Assembly (NCBI GenBank): GCA_903891365.1 | Contig: CAITEG010000004.1 | Span: 1-44,008, forward strand | Source: an uncultured bacterium | GTDB taxonomy: Bacteria > Patescibacteriota > Minisyncoccia > Phycocordibacterales > UBA9973 | Length of the DNA: 44,008 bases | Reading direction: 5' to 3' | Shown: piece after piece, positions 8,304-16,828 of the stretch | Layout of the letters: every line of letters starts with the position of its first letter | Position numbering within the stretch: the first letter of the stretch is position 1 | Notes under the pieces: model-generated | Databases searched by the model: none | The model's input: only the letters and a program-made list of their open reading frames with translations | What the model was told of the DNA's origin: nothing | Position numbers and translations under genes: made by a program

Positions 8304-10239
8304 CGTCGTCATAATCCATTTCGTCAGCATAAGCCGGCGAGAGTTTAGCTGCCTTGACAATATGGGCAAGTGTTTCACAACGGGAGCGAAACTTATCCAT
8401 TTCAGTCTTGATGTTATTGATGTGCCATCCTATCTGAAGAGGAAGCCCTTCCTCAGCAGCAATATTAACAACCTTCCTTAGATATTCATCAACACGCATC
8501 TCGGTGGCATTCAGAATTGTGGAACCAACTCCTTCAGCTTCTTCTAGGATTTCGAATGGATCTTTATCATCTCCAGTGTTACTTAGTGCTTCTAGCATTA
8601 ACTCCGCTTCTCCTTCAAGTACGTCTACTGGAGTTTGAACACTAGACACTTCTGTAAATTCAGCGTCGGTGATACGTTCATCATCTCTACCCATGGCTGC
8701 ATCAGCCAGAGCCCGAACTCCCTGAGGCTTATTAATCCTTTCTAGAATAGTTAGTGCATAGGAATCGTTCTTAACTACGGCACCAGCTGGTTTGCTTGGG
8801 AAGGCTTCTTCGATATCCTTGTCGAAGTTTTCGGATATCGCATCATTATTTTCATTGTCACATATTTCTGCATCAGTCTTTGGGTTTGTGAATGCTGCAG
8901 CCAAAGCTAGAACAACTTCACAATAAGTGCAGAATTGAAACACTGGCACATATGCCCCAGCGATCTCGCTCATTCTTACATTAGTGAGCTCCCGCCCCAC
9001 CTTGTCAATATCGTCGAAAGTCTTCCATTTCGAGAGATCAAACTTTTTTTCTTCGAGAGCTTCTTCTAGACATTCATCATAAGATACTTCTTGGGTGACT
9101 AGGCCTATACCTTCTACGAAGAGTTCATTTGCTCTCTTAAGATCTCCCATGCTTATGGCTAGATTGAAATCCTTAATAATTCCTTTCCCTTCTAGGGTTT
9201 CAATAGCTGCATGGTCATTAGAGTCAGTGAATACTTTACCTAGTGGCCCACTCATCATTTGATGAACGATGTGGGACTGAGATACGAATTTATATTCGTC
9301 TTCTGTTTTAGATTTATCTCCTCTATTTGGTAATAGCCACATATTTTTTTCTTTGTTCCACTCGTATCCGGCATCCGTCATTCCTTTCTTTAGATCTGCA
9401 TCAGACACCTTGTTTCTATTGGTTCCAAAGCCTATGCTTCTACCACTATAAGACTCCTGTTTAGCTGGCGGTTCAGGAGTATATTTCATCGTGATAGTCT
9501 TCTTGAGTTTAGTGAACGTTACTAGACCGCCTTCTTTATAGACAGCTTCTAGAACTACCACTTCATCTTTCTCTAATGGTTGACCTAGAGTTTCCTCAGA
9601 AGCGAAAGCCCAGCCAGAGTTAGACTCCCAGATTTTCATACCTGCATATCCATTTGTGCCTAGTAGGATTTGATGGATCTTATCATCTTTTGTTCTAGAT
9701 ATTGCCCAGAAGGTGAATCCTCCTTTGGCACCAATATCAGGAATCTTGCCTTCGAAGAATCTAGCTAGTTCAATAGCGATGGCTTCACTATCATTGAACT
9801 TCATGGTATAACTGGCGCTGTTAGCTGCCCAAGCTTTTCTATATTCTGTTTCATATAGATAGCCAGCTTTCTCGTGAACAGCCTTCAATTCCTCATCATT
9901 ACTGATCACACCATTGTGAGCGATGAGCCATTTATATGTCAACTCTTCATTCTCTATTGCCATTGGATGAGTTTGGCTCATTAGATTATCTGAAGAAGTT
10001 GGCATTCGATGATGGAATAATATGTGACGAGATTGAGGGTCAGTATACATGTCATGAAACATCTTTGCTGCCTCAGTTGCACGATCTACACTTACAATTC
10101 CTTTATCATCTATTTTTACTATACCGAACCCACGAGTACCTCTTCCTTGTTGGTCTTCAAATTGATTTACAACATAGTCGATAGCGCGAGCAGGCGGTAT
10201 CTTTTTGTCTTTACTTACCCATCCGATTAGTCCACACAT
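8284..10239 (-). CDS. Class II (Ntn) glutamine amidotransferase with long acidic C-terminal extension
   Basis: N-terminal M-CGLIG, RGTRGFG, FHHRMPTS, QTHP, AHNGVISN, NDSEAIA. Confidence 0.9.
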   Translation of the reverse strand: MCGLIGWVSKDKKIPPARAIDYVVNQFEDQQGRGTRGFGIVKIDDKGIVSVDRATEAAKMFHDMYTDPQSRHILFHHRMPTSSDNLMSQTHPMAIENEELTYKWLIAHNGVISNDEELKAVHEKAGYLYETEYRKAWAANSASYTMKFNDSEAIAIELARFFEGKIPDIGAKGGFTFWAISRTKDDKIHQILLGTNGYAGMKIWESNSGWAFASEETLGQPLEKDEVVVLEAVYKEGGLVTFTKLKKTITMKYTPEPPAKQESYSGRSIGFGTNRNKVSDADLKKGMTDAGYEWNKEKNMWLLPNRGDKSKTEDEYKFVSQSHIVHQMMSGPLGKVFTDSNDHAAIETLEGKGIIKDFNLAISMGDLKRANELFVEGIGLVTQEVSYDECLEEALEEKKFDLSKWKTFDDIDKVGRELTNVRMSEIAGAYVPVFQFCTYCEVVLALAAAFTNPKTDAEICDNENNDAISENFDKDIEEAFPSKPAGAVVKNDSYALTILERINKPQGVRALADAAMGRDDERITDAEFTEVSSVQTPVDVLEGEAELMLEALSNTGDDKDPFEILEEAEGVGSTILNATEMRVDEYLRKVVNIAAEEGLPLQIGWHINNIKTEMDKFRSRCETLAHIVKAAKLSPAYADEMDYDDDDPGYK

Positions 10240-10241
10240 AT

Positions 10242-12140
10242 TTAGAATGACGCTTGCGCGTTGTTATGATTAATTGTTCCAATAAGATATGATCTTGCTA
10301 CTGGAGATAATGAGTGGGTGATTCGTCCATTGGATGTATCGCTTAAATATTCTACAAGTTCTCTAGCAACTTCTTCTCGTGCTGCTTGGTCTACATTCCA
10401 ATTCCATCGATCATTATTCTGCATGAGTATAATTATTTTCACGAATGGTGATCCAGAATATGGGGCCATTGCTCTTGATAGATCTCTAATTACACCACTG
10501 ATAGCAGAATCAATAGAGTAGCTTCCAGGATTAGTTTCCATTTCAGCTTGTACAGCATCATTGCTTAGTTGTCTAGGATTGTCAGCTCTAGATTCAGCTC
10601 TCTCTAGTCCTACCTCCATCTCTTCTTCTTTCTTCATAGATTCAAGAAGAGGACTTGGTCCAGGGGATAGAGTTGCTGAGTCTAATGGAATGAATGTTTT
10701 AGGAGACTTTTCAAACTTAAGCACAAGTCTGATTAGGGGCTTAATATCTCCTTTTCTTCTCATTTCATATGGAAGACCAATCATTACTCTTCGGTTATCC
10801 TTGGAGCTGATTAATTTTCCAGTACGAGCATTTAACACTCGACCATACATAGGAACAGCTTCATTTTTGTTTCCTATTCGATCAAACTTACTTGACAAGA
10901 GAGAGAAATCTTCTATTGTGGTTATTATTTCATGACCCGCAATAAAGAGTCCATTTTCATCTCTCATTACAAGAGCGTTCAGACCTTTCTTAAGACCGAA
11001 GAGATAATATTCATGCTGTGGTTTCCATCCAAGCGCGATACACCTCTTAGATAATGCTGTGGCAAATTGTTCAACATTCAGGTCTTCATTCCAAGCGAAC
11101 TGACTCATGTTTCTGATTACTGATTCAGGGAATTTAGAAGTCTTTTCTTCGATCTCTTCATCTTTAAAGAAGGATGTTATAGGGATCTTGGCAGATCCTT
11201 GTGTGAAACCCCAACCTTCATTAATAGAATAATGGGCTTTTACTTTCTCTTCCATTACTCTAGATGGAGACATTATAAGTTCAAGTTCTGCTTTATATTC
11301 AGGATAAGCAGGATGAGCTCGTACGAAGGGACGAATTTTGTCCAGATAAGATTTCTGAATGTTCACATAATTATCTAGAAGAAATGGAAGATACTCCTTC
11401 GCTTGTTTCCGGCTTCTGAACAAGACTGGCCCGACAGGTTTCAAGTTGCCCTTGAGAATGCTGTCCCAACAGATTGCCATATAAGCCAACGTCCCGAGAG
11501 CAATCTTTTCTGTGGTTACCCACTCAGCTCCTGGAGCTCGAACTTCAAGAGTGAATCCATCAGCACCGCTAGGGAATTTGAATCTCGGAGTGTCTATTCT
11601 GAAATCGAATAGCTCACCATAGTGGCCAGATTGGAATCCCTTTCTCAATTGACTTGACAGTTTGTTTTCTCCCATCATAATTAGAATGATGAAAGTTCCT
11701 ACAGCTCGTTCAATAGCTGCCCATTTTTCAGTTTTATTACGCCACATCTGATTGAAGTCTTCTGGAATGGCGAGATGGATATGACCACCAGCACTTGCAG
11801 CAATGGTGAGGGTGGACATGTCTACGAATGGAATCTTATCGGCAGCTTGTTTGAATAGAGATTTCATATTAGCCACAACTTCTCGTGGTGTGCCTGGATC
11901 TGGTCTAAGCTCACCAGTAGCATTATGACCATCCCAACCAATATCTCCTCCAGGAAATGCAAATCCAGCAGGTGTCTTTGCTTCTCCTTTGAAGAAAGTT
12001 GTGAAGATCTCTATTGCACTAATTGGTCGAGAGCCACTCACTACAGTGAACTCAGGGTCAGCGCCCACTTTGAATGGGAATTCATAAGCGGGTTTAACTT
12101 TTGGTTCTTCTACCACAGGCTCAACTGTTGTTTCAGTCAT
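10242..12140 (-). CDS. phiEco32-like COOH-NH2 ligase type 2 with C-terminal extension
   Basis: VGADPEF, GWDGHNATGELRPDP, AGGHIHL, YG..DFR, LEVRAP..W. Confidence 0.82.
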   Translation of the reverse strand: MTETTVEPVVEEPKVKPAYEFPFKVGADPEFTVVSGSRPISAIEIFTTFFKGEAKTPAGFAFPGGDIGWDGHNATGELRPDPGTPREVVANMKSLFKQAADKIPFVDMSTLTIAASAGGHIHLAIPEDFNQMWRNKTEKWAAIERAVGTFIILIMMGENKLSSQLRKGFQSGHYGELFDFRIDTPRFKFPSGADGFTLEVRAPGAEWVTTEKIALGTLAYMAICWDSILKGNLKPVGPVLFRSRKQAKEYLPFLLDNYVNIQKSYLDKIRPFVRAHPAYPEYKAELELIMSPSRVMEEKVKAHYSINEGWGFTQGSAKIPITSFFKDEEIEEKTSKFPESVIRNMSQFAWNEDLNVEQFATALSKRCIALGWKPQHEYYLFGLKKGLNALVMRDENGLFIAGHEIITTIEDFSLLSSKFDRIGNKNEAVPMYGRVLNARTGKLISSKDNRRVMIGLPYEMRRKGDIKPLIRLVLKFEKSPKTFIPLDSATLSPGPSPLLESMKKEEEMEVGLERAESRADNPRQLSNDAVQAEMETNPGSYSIDSAISGVIRDLSRAMAPYSGSPFVKIIILMQNNDRWNWNVDQAAREEVARELVEYLSDTSNGRITHSLSPVARSYLIGTINHNNAQASF

Positions 12141-13186
12141 GATTTACGTTCTAGATAAGCTTCAAAACCTTTATCTTCATAGGTGAAACGATAGTTCGAC
12201 CAGTGCTTAAGAGGATCACCTCTGAATGATTTCTTAATACCTTTCTCAATAAACTTTTCAAATGCTGGCATACTTCTGTCGTTCAAACTGTGTCCAGTGA
12301 AATTAGGACACCATTTTATAATGATTGGTTTGATTCTATTGAAGTTAGCCAGCGCTAGGTTAAAGTCATTGTTATTAATTGCGTGAACGATTTCGAGTTC
12401 ATTCACGGCTGCCATCAATTCTTTGCCTGCTTTCTTATTCTCTGCAAAGCCGAGACCTTGGCGACATAGTCCCATAACCATACTCATGAGTGTATAGTTT
12501 TTCAACCAGAAGTTGCCTAGAACTCTATATTCAATACCATGAGGTTGAATACGATATTCTCCTGCGCGCCCATAATACTTTCGTCTCTCGATTTCTCCTT
12601 CATCACGATCGAGAAGTACACAAGTGTTACCAACGATAATATCCAGGATCTTTACAATCTTTTCAGCTTCTTTACCATCTTTAAGCATGTTTATTACACA
12701 TTGTTCTGATGATCCAGGAGATGTTCCTAGATGGATATGACCACCGGCACTTCGATAAAGATATTTACTGGCGTCTGGAAGCTGGGGATAGTTTCCATAT
12801 GCATTTAAGCTAGGAGAACATCCAAAGCGTTTGCTATCTGGACTTAGAGAATCCATTTCCTTTTTGGTTACTTTAACCAAAACATTCCAATTGATGGTGA
12901 TACGTTTACCAGCTATTTGTCTTTGGACTCCTTGGAATAGTTCATGGATTCTATAAGAGAAACTTTGACGACAGCGATTGAAGTATGGATTCAGCTCTGC
13001 TTGAATACCATCTATAATCAATTTACCTCCAGATGTATTTATTCCTTCTTTGGGGAGGATTTTTTCTGCACCTATGATTGAACTTGGATTACCCACTAAG
13101 TTCTTTCTTGCGAAAAAGAACTCAGGATCAGCTCCCCAAGTTGGATGCAGATATTTAATTGTGGGTTTGATTTCTGTTTCTGGCAT
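12137..13186 (-). CDS. phiEco32-like COOH-NH2 ligase type 2
   Basis: WGADPEFF, DGIQAELNP, FGCSPSLNAY, RSAGGHIHLG, RRKYYGRAGEYR, GIEYRVLGNFWL. Start placed at ATG 13186. Confidence 0.9.
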   Translation of the reverse strand: MPETEIKPTIKYLHPTWGADPEFFFARKNLVGNPSSIIGAEKILPKEGINTSGGKLIIDGIQAELNPYFNRCRQSFSYRIHELFQGVQRQIAGKRITINWNVLVKVTKKEMDSLSPDSKRFGCSPSLNAYGNYPQLPDASKYLYRSAGGHIHLGTSPGSSEQCVINMLKDGKEAEKIVKILDIIVGNTCVLLDRDEGEIERRKYYGRAGEYRIQPHGIEYRVLGNFWLKNYTLMSMVMGLCRQGLGFAENKKAGKELMAAVNELEIVHAINNNDFNLALANFNRIKPIIIKWCPNFTGHSLNDRSMPAFEKFIEKGIKKSFRGDPLKHWSNYRFTYEDKGFEAYLERKS

Positions 13187-13200
13187 GTTTAATAATAAAA

Positions 13201-13350
13201 CCCCATCATGAAGCGACATCTGGAAACGGGGCAATACATTGCAGGTTATTCTTTACTGGTGAATAACAACCAGTTATACAGTTCTGCTTACCTCTTAGTT
13301 AGGCGAGGATATTGTGGATAGCCATTTCCATGTGTCGCCCCACAATGGGG
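13201..13350 (-). ncRNA. Intergenic structured RNA closed by 18+9-bp G-U-rich stem
   Basis: ccccattgtggggcgaca/tgtcgcttcatgatgggg plus tggaaatgg/ccgtttcca pair fully only on the minus strand. Confidence 0.65.
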
Positions 13351-13373
13351 CAACGAATAAATGACTCAGTAGG

Positions 13374-13910
13374 TTAAACTACGTCGTCTGGCGCACTGGC
13401 GGTCTCTTCAATGATCTTCTGAGAAAGACTCTTGAGAGCGTCCTTATCAACTTTCAATTCACCGGTCTTAGCCTTGTCAAGGTTATCAAGAGCACGAGCG
13501 AGCTCATCTTGTGTATCTTTGATATCCTTACCTGCCTCTTCAAGCATACTGGCTAGAGTTTTTGCTGCTTCTTTGTTTTCCTCAGCATCTTCTTTGTCCT
13601 GTTCCTTATACTTATCCTCTAGAGATGCTGATGCAGCAGCAATGTCATCCGCGCTGATACCTGGGACGTTGCCGAGAGCTTGACGCATTGCGTCACGGTG
13701 GGCATCTGACTTGACTTTAGCTTCAGCAATCTCAGTTGCCTCTTCAGCTGCGTCAACGATGACCTTTGAATAATGGCGAATAGCAGTGGCTACGTTCTTC
13801 TTTGCCTCTGTTACACGCTCTTGGATGCGGACAATCATTTGTGCACGTAGAATGTCTCGCGCTTTCTCCTTTGCTGCAGTTGCGACTGAAGCGTAATCAA
13901 TTGTACTCAT
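13374..13910 (-). CDS. Ala/Lys/Glu-rich coiled-coil protein
   Basis: 178 aa helical composition, AT-rich leader. Confidence 0.75.
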   Translation of the reverse strand: MSTIDYASVATAAKEKARDILRAQMIVRIQERVTEAKKNVATAIRHYSKVIVDAAEEATEIAEAKVKSDAHRDAMRQALGNVPGISADDIAAASASLEDKYKEQDKEDAEENKEAAKTLASMLEEAGKDIKDTQDELARALDNLDKAKTGELKVDKDALKSLSQKIIEETASAPDDVV

Positions 13911-14030
13911 AAATAAAAAATATATGTTAGATTAATAGTGGCGCACAAATCTTAGGAATTCTCTTTATTATATTCCTAAAATCGACGTTTGTCTAGGCTA
14001 TTGCTAATTAAGCACTATCTTGTTATGATA

Positions 14031-14146
14031 AGTGCTTGGGCAGGGTCAGGTAGAAGGATTGTGGAGGTTTTGTCTTTGAGACATTATGAAAGAACATTGC
14101 TCTCAAATGCGAGCAGCATCTCCTATCCTAACCCCACCCAAACACT
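14031..14146 (-). ncRNA. Intergenic structured RNA closed by a 20-bp G-U-rich stem
   Basis: agtgtttgggtggggttagg/cctgaccctgcccaagcact, inner tttgaga/tctcaaa. Confidence 0.65.
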
Positions 14147-14214
14147 AATCGTTTAATGTTTGGGAATTATTCAGGCTTTTGGGAAAATTATATAAAAACC
14201 AAAAACCCAAAAAT

Positions 14215-14223
14215 AGAGTCGTA
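14215..14223 (-). promoter_or_regulatory. TACGACTCT motif copy 4
   Basis: Intergenic, TACGACTCTATTTTTGG. Confidence 0.6.
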
Positions 14224-14232
14224 ACAAAACAA

Positions 14233-14571
14233 CTAACACCACTCTTTTTGATACCAGTTTTTTTTCTTTCCGAACTTCTTGAACTTTCTGTTGTTCACAG
14301 ACCATACCCACATGTGTAGAATGTTTCCACTGTTTGGATTGAGTCTTGGTCTCATTCTGTGTGTTACACCAAGATCGTTTCTTTTTATGTAATTAGCCAA
14401 TCTTTTTCCTGCCTTTTCTGTGTTTGTACAAGAGAAGATAAGAAAAGCTCTTGGCGTGTCATCAAACCAATCTTGGCAAATGTCTTTTAGAATGCGGTCA
14501 GGAAGATATCCTGAGATGCGATCTATTTCTTTAATTCCACAGCACTCAACACCATCATTAATGTGTGACAT
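14233..14571 (-). CDS. Hypothetical protein (CCG motif)
   Basis: 112 aa ORF with ECCGIKEI and NPNSGNIL. Confidence 0.7.
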   Translation of the reverse strand: MSHINDGVECCGIKEIDRISGYLPDRILKDICQDWFDDTPRAFLIFSCTNTEKAGKRLANYIKRNDLGVTHRMRPRLNPNSGNILHMWVWSVNNRKFKKFGKKKNWYQKEWC

Positions 14572-14710
14572 ATATTAAGCCATATCTTCTACGTGGGAAG
14601 ATTTCATAGTTCTTCATTTAAGTTTGGATAAATAATGTCTTCTTCTTCTGACAAGTCTGCTGTATCTATGGGATCGCATTCGTCATAGATCTCATTGATA
14701 TAATCGTCTT

Positions 14711-14941
14711 TTATAACGATAGGTTAGCTCTTAGTAGCAGAGTGCGGGCTTCATCGACTAATATTTTAAGGGCTATTTCGTCGTATTTACTACCACTCTC
14801 GTCATCATAGTCTGTTATATCTGCTTTTGATTGCCACGAAGCGATTTCTAGTTTTAGAACTGTGTTTTTCCCGAATACATAGTTTATAAACCTACTTATA
14901 ACGGTAATCGGACTATAAGAATAGTTAATCATACCATCAAC
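14711..14941 (-). CDS. Hypothetical protein (start uncertain, probably MINYSYS)
   Basis: C-terminal part of the 14711..15019 ORF, coupled to the upstream gene. Confidence 0.45.
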   Translation of the reverse strand, partial: VDGMINYSYSPITVISRFINYVFGKNTVLKLEIASWQSKADITDYDDESGSKYDEIALKILVDEARTLLLRANLSL

Positions 14942-15198
14942 GTTACATATCCGTGCGCTACTTTGCGCGCGAAGTTGCCAACAATAGCTTTCTCGACCAT
15001 GTCTAGCTTTGCACTGCACGTTGCTTTTCGTTGTCCTGAGTACACATTAAGAAAGACCACACGTCTAAGTGCGGGATTATATGGTCTGATGCTTAGTGTA
15101 TATCTAGTGCCCAGTTCGAGTTTGTCTCTTTGTTCTACTACTACGTCACCAGCTGATATTGTCAGCGGTTCGTTCTTTCTTAGATTAAGCATAATCAT
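14929..15198 (-). CDS. Hypothetical protein
   Basis: 89 aa ORF directly downstream of the motif and a leader hairpin. Confidence 0.65.
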   Translation of the reverse strand: MIMLNLRKNEPLTISAGDVVVEQRDKLELGTRYTLSIRPYNPALRRVVFLNVYSGQRKATCSAKLDMVEKAIVGNFARKVAHGYVTLMV

Positions 15199-15240
15199 AA
15201 GATTATTAATAATGAGGGAACTAAAGCTCCCTCACAAAAT

Positions 15241-15249
15241 AGAGTCGTA
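15241..15249 (-). promoter_or_regulatory. TACGACTCT motif copy 3
   Basis: TACGACTCTATTTTGTGAG, just downstream of a terminator and followed by hairpin GAGGGAGC/GTTCCCTC. Confidence 0.65.
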
Positions 15250-15275
15250 GACTACGTCTCACCTCACCACAGCAC

Positions 15276-15304
15276 AAAAAGAAAGCCAGCATCTCTGCTG
15301 GCTT
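15276..15304 (-). terminator. Intrinsic terminator
   Basis: AAGCCAGCA-GAGA-TGCTGGCTT then TCTTTTT. Confidence 0.85.
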
Positions 15305-15310
15305 CTCTTC

Positions 15311-15363
15311 GCGTAGTATCAAACTGCGTCTTAAGACTTGCGTAGCATTAAGCTGCGACTTAG
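15311..15363. repeat. Two imperfect 24-bp hairpin repeats
   Basis: gcgtagtatcaaactgcgtcttaa and gcgtagcattaagctgcgacttag (19/24 identical, compensatory change). Confidence 0.7.
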
Positions 15364-15367
15364 TGGC

Positions 15368-15625
15368 TTAAGCAGCCACTTCTACGAATGCTCTGAGATC
15401 TGCATCCTTCTTTCCTTCTCTTTTGATATTCGGATAGAGGATTACGCGATCTCCAGGGCTAAGAGTTACGTTACCAGGAGAGTTACGTCCACTATCAATC
15501 GATAGTGTGAGAAACTCCGTGCCTGGAGCTTTGCTATTAGCGCCTGTTACATTCTTCCACGCTCGACCTACCGGTACGAGCTTGGTGGCTGGCTTTGTGG
15601 CCGCGCCGTTCTGTGTTGTTGCCAT
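15368..15625 (-). CDS. DUF736-like small protein
   Basis: VGRAWKN...FLTLSID...LYPN.K..GKKDADLR pattern. Confidence 0.65.
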   Translation of the reverse strand: MATTQNGAATKPATKLVPVGRAWKNVTGANSKAPGTEFLTLSIDSGRNSPGNVTLSPGDRVILYPNIKREGKKDADLRAFVEVAA

Positions 15626-15711
15626 ACGATGTTATCGTTTAGCGAATAAGGTAGCTAGCTGAAGCGCTAGCAAGACTGAGAGGCATCTCCTAAGATATAC
15701 CTCTCATATAT

Positions 15712-15782
15712 AGAGTCGTAATGTATTAGGGAACCATGTCCTCATATAATCATCTACGCTTCTATACATATACAGAGTCGTA
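15712..15782 (-). promoter_or_regulatory. TACGACTCT motif copies 1 and 2
   Basis: 15782-15774 (TACGACTCTGTATATG) and 15720-15712 (TACGACTCTATATATG), at the head of the leftward block. Confidence 0.65.
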
Positions 15783-15971
15783 CTCCTTCAGAAAGACACT
15801 AGGGGGGAGTAGTCACTTCACCTCCTTGCCAGATTGAACCTCCTCTCCTGGTACTGTAACCGCGTCCAGATTTGTAAAAATCTCTATCACTCGCCCACGA
15901 AATGACGAAATGAAGTACCTCCCCTACTTTTATACAACTCAATGGGTACCCTAAAATTTTTTTTCAAATTT

Positions 15972-16008
15972 TTGACATCTTGACAGTCCTTCTAATCGCG
16001 CGTAATAT
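15972..16008 (+). promoter_or_regulatory. sigma70-type promoter, leaderless
   Basis: Tandem TTGACA (15972, 15980), 17 bp, TAATAT 16003-16008; ATG at 16015. Confidence 0.65.
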
Positions 16009-16014
16009 GAAACT

Positions 16015-16818
16015 ATGATCAAAAAGAAACTAGTGGCTAAGCCTGCTAAGCCTAAGGCGAAGCTTAAGCCTAAGGCGAAGCTTAAGCCTAAAGCGAAGCT
16101 TAAGCCTAAGGCGAAGCTTAAGCCTAAGGCGAAGCCTAAGTCTAAGGCGAAGCTTAAGCCTAAGGCGAAGCCTAAGTCTAAAAAGTCTGAGGTCCTCCTC
16201 AATATTGGTTGCGGCATCACCCTCTTTAAAGACTTCATCAATATTGACAAGTACTTTACAGAAGAGCAACTTCGTCAGGGGGCAACGTCTCACACAGGAC
16301 CATGTGCCAACGCTCTCTACCCGCGCGGAGCATCCTTCCTTCAGGCAGACATGCTAGACTTGCCTATAGACGCAAACTCTGTAGACTATATTGAGTCGAT
16401 GGAAGCCCTGGAGCACCTAAAGTTTTGTGACGTAGAAAAAGCTGTAGCCGAAATGTACCGGGTACTAAAACCTGGAGGCAAACTTGTCTTGTTTATTCCC
16501 GACATGGATGATATGTGTCAAGTCTGGACAGAGAGGATCGGTAGTGGGGCACCCTTCGGGCCGGAGGACTTCTTTCAGATGGTTCAGATGTTTTATGGGA
16601 ATCAAAAACATGACGGCGAATATCACAAGTCTTGTTTCAACGAAACCTACATGGGTCTGATGATGCAGGCAATAGGATTCGAAGCGAGGAATATTAGGAT
16701 AGCCCACTGCAGTCATGGTCAGCAGGTACCCAAGATCCGAGGAGCGTCAGCATCCCCCGCGTGGGACAGCAAAGCTGTGCTCATTATAGGGTTCCTACTT
16801 ATAGAGGCCACTAAGTAG
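16015..16818 (+). CDS. Class I SAM methyltransferase with histone-H1-like KPKAKL tail
   Basis: LLNIGCG, NID, ADMLDLP, EALEHL, YRVLKPGGKL, IPD. Confidence 0.88.
   Translation: MIKKKLVAKPAKPKAKLKPKAKLKPKAKLKPKAKLKPKAKPKSKAKLKPKAKPKSKKSEVLLNIGCGITLFKDFINIDKYFTEEQLRQGATSHTGPCANALYPRGASFLQADMLDLPIDANSVDYIESMEALEHLKFCDVEKAVAEMYRVLKPGGKLVLFIPDMDDMCQVWTERIGSGAPFGPEDFFQMVQMFYGNQKHDGEYHKSCFNETYMGLMMQAIGFEARNIRIAHCSHGQQVPKIRGASASPAWDSKAVLIIGFLLIEATK
16048..16179 (+). repeat. 18-bp coding tandem repeat (KPKAKL)n
   Basis: aagcctaaggcgaagctt units with KPKS variants. Confidence 0.95.
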
Positions 16819-16828
16819 GCTCAGTGGC

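Noticed and set aside
14604..14722. Acidic open frame PIVIKDDYINE...NEEL on the minus strand
   Set aside because: It looks protein-like but has no ATG/GTG/TTG start and no clear slippery site, so it was not called.
15951..16293. Antisense ORFs with LGLSFA and LRLRL repeats
   Set aside because: Shadow frames of the 18-bp KPKAKL repeat.
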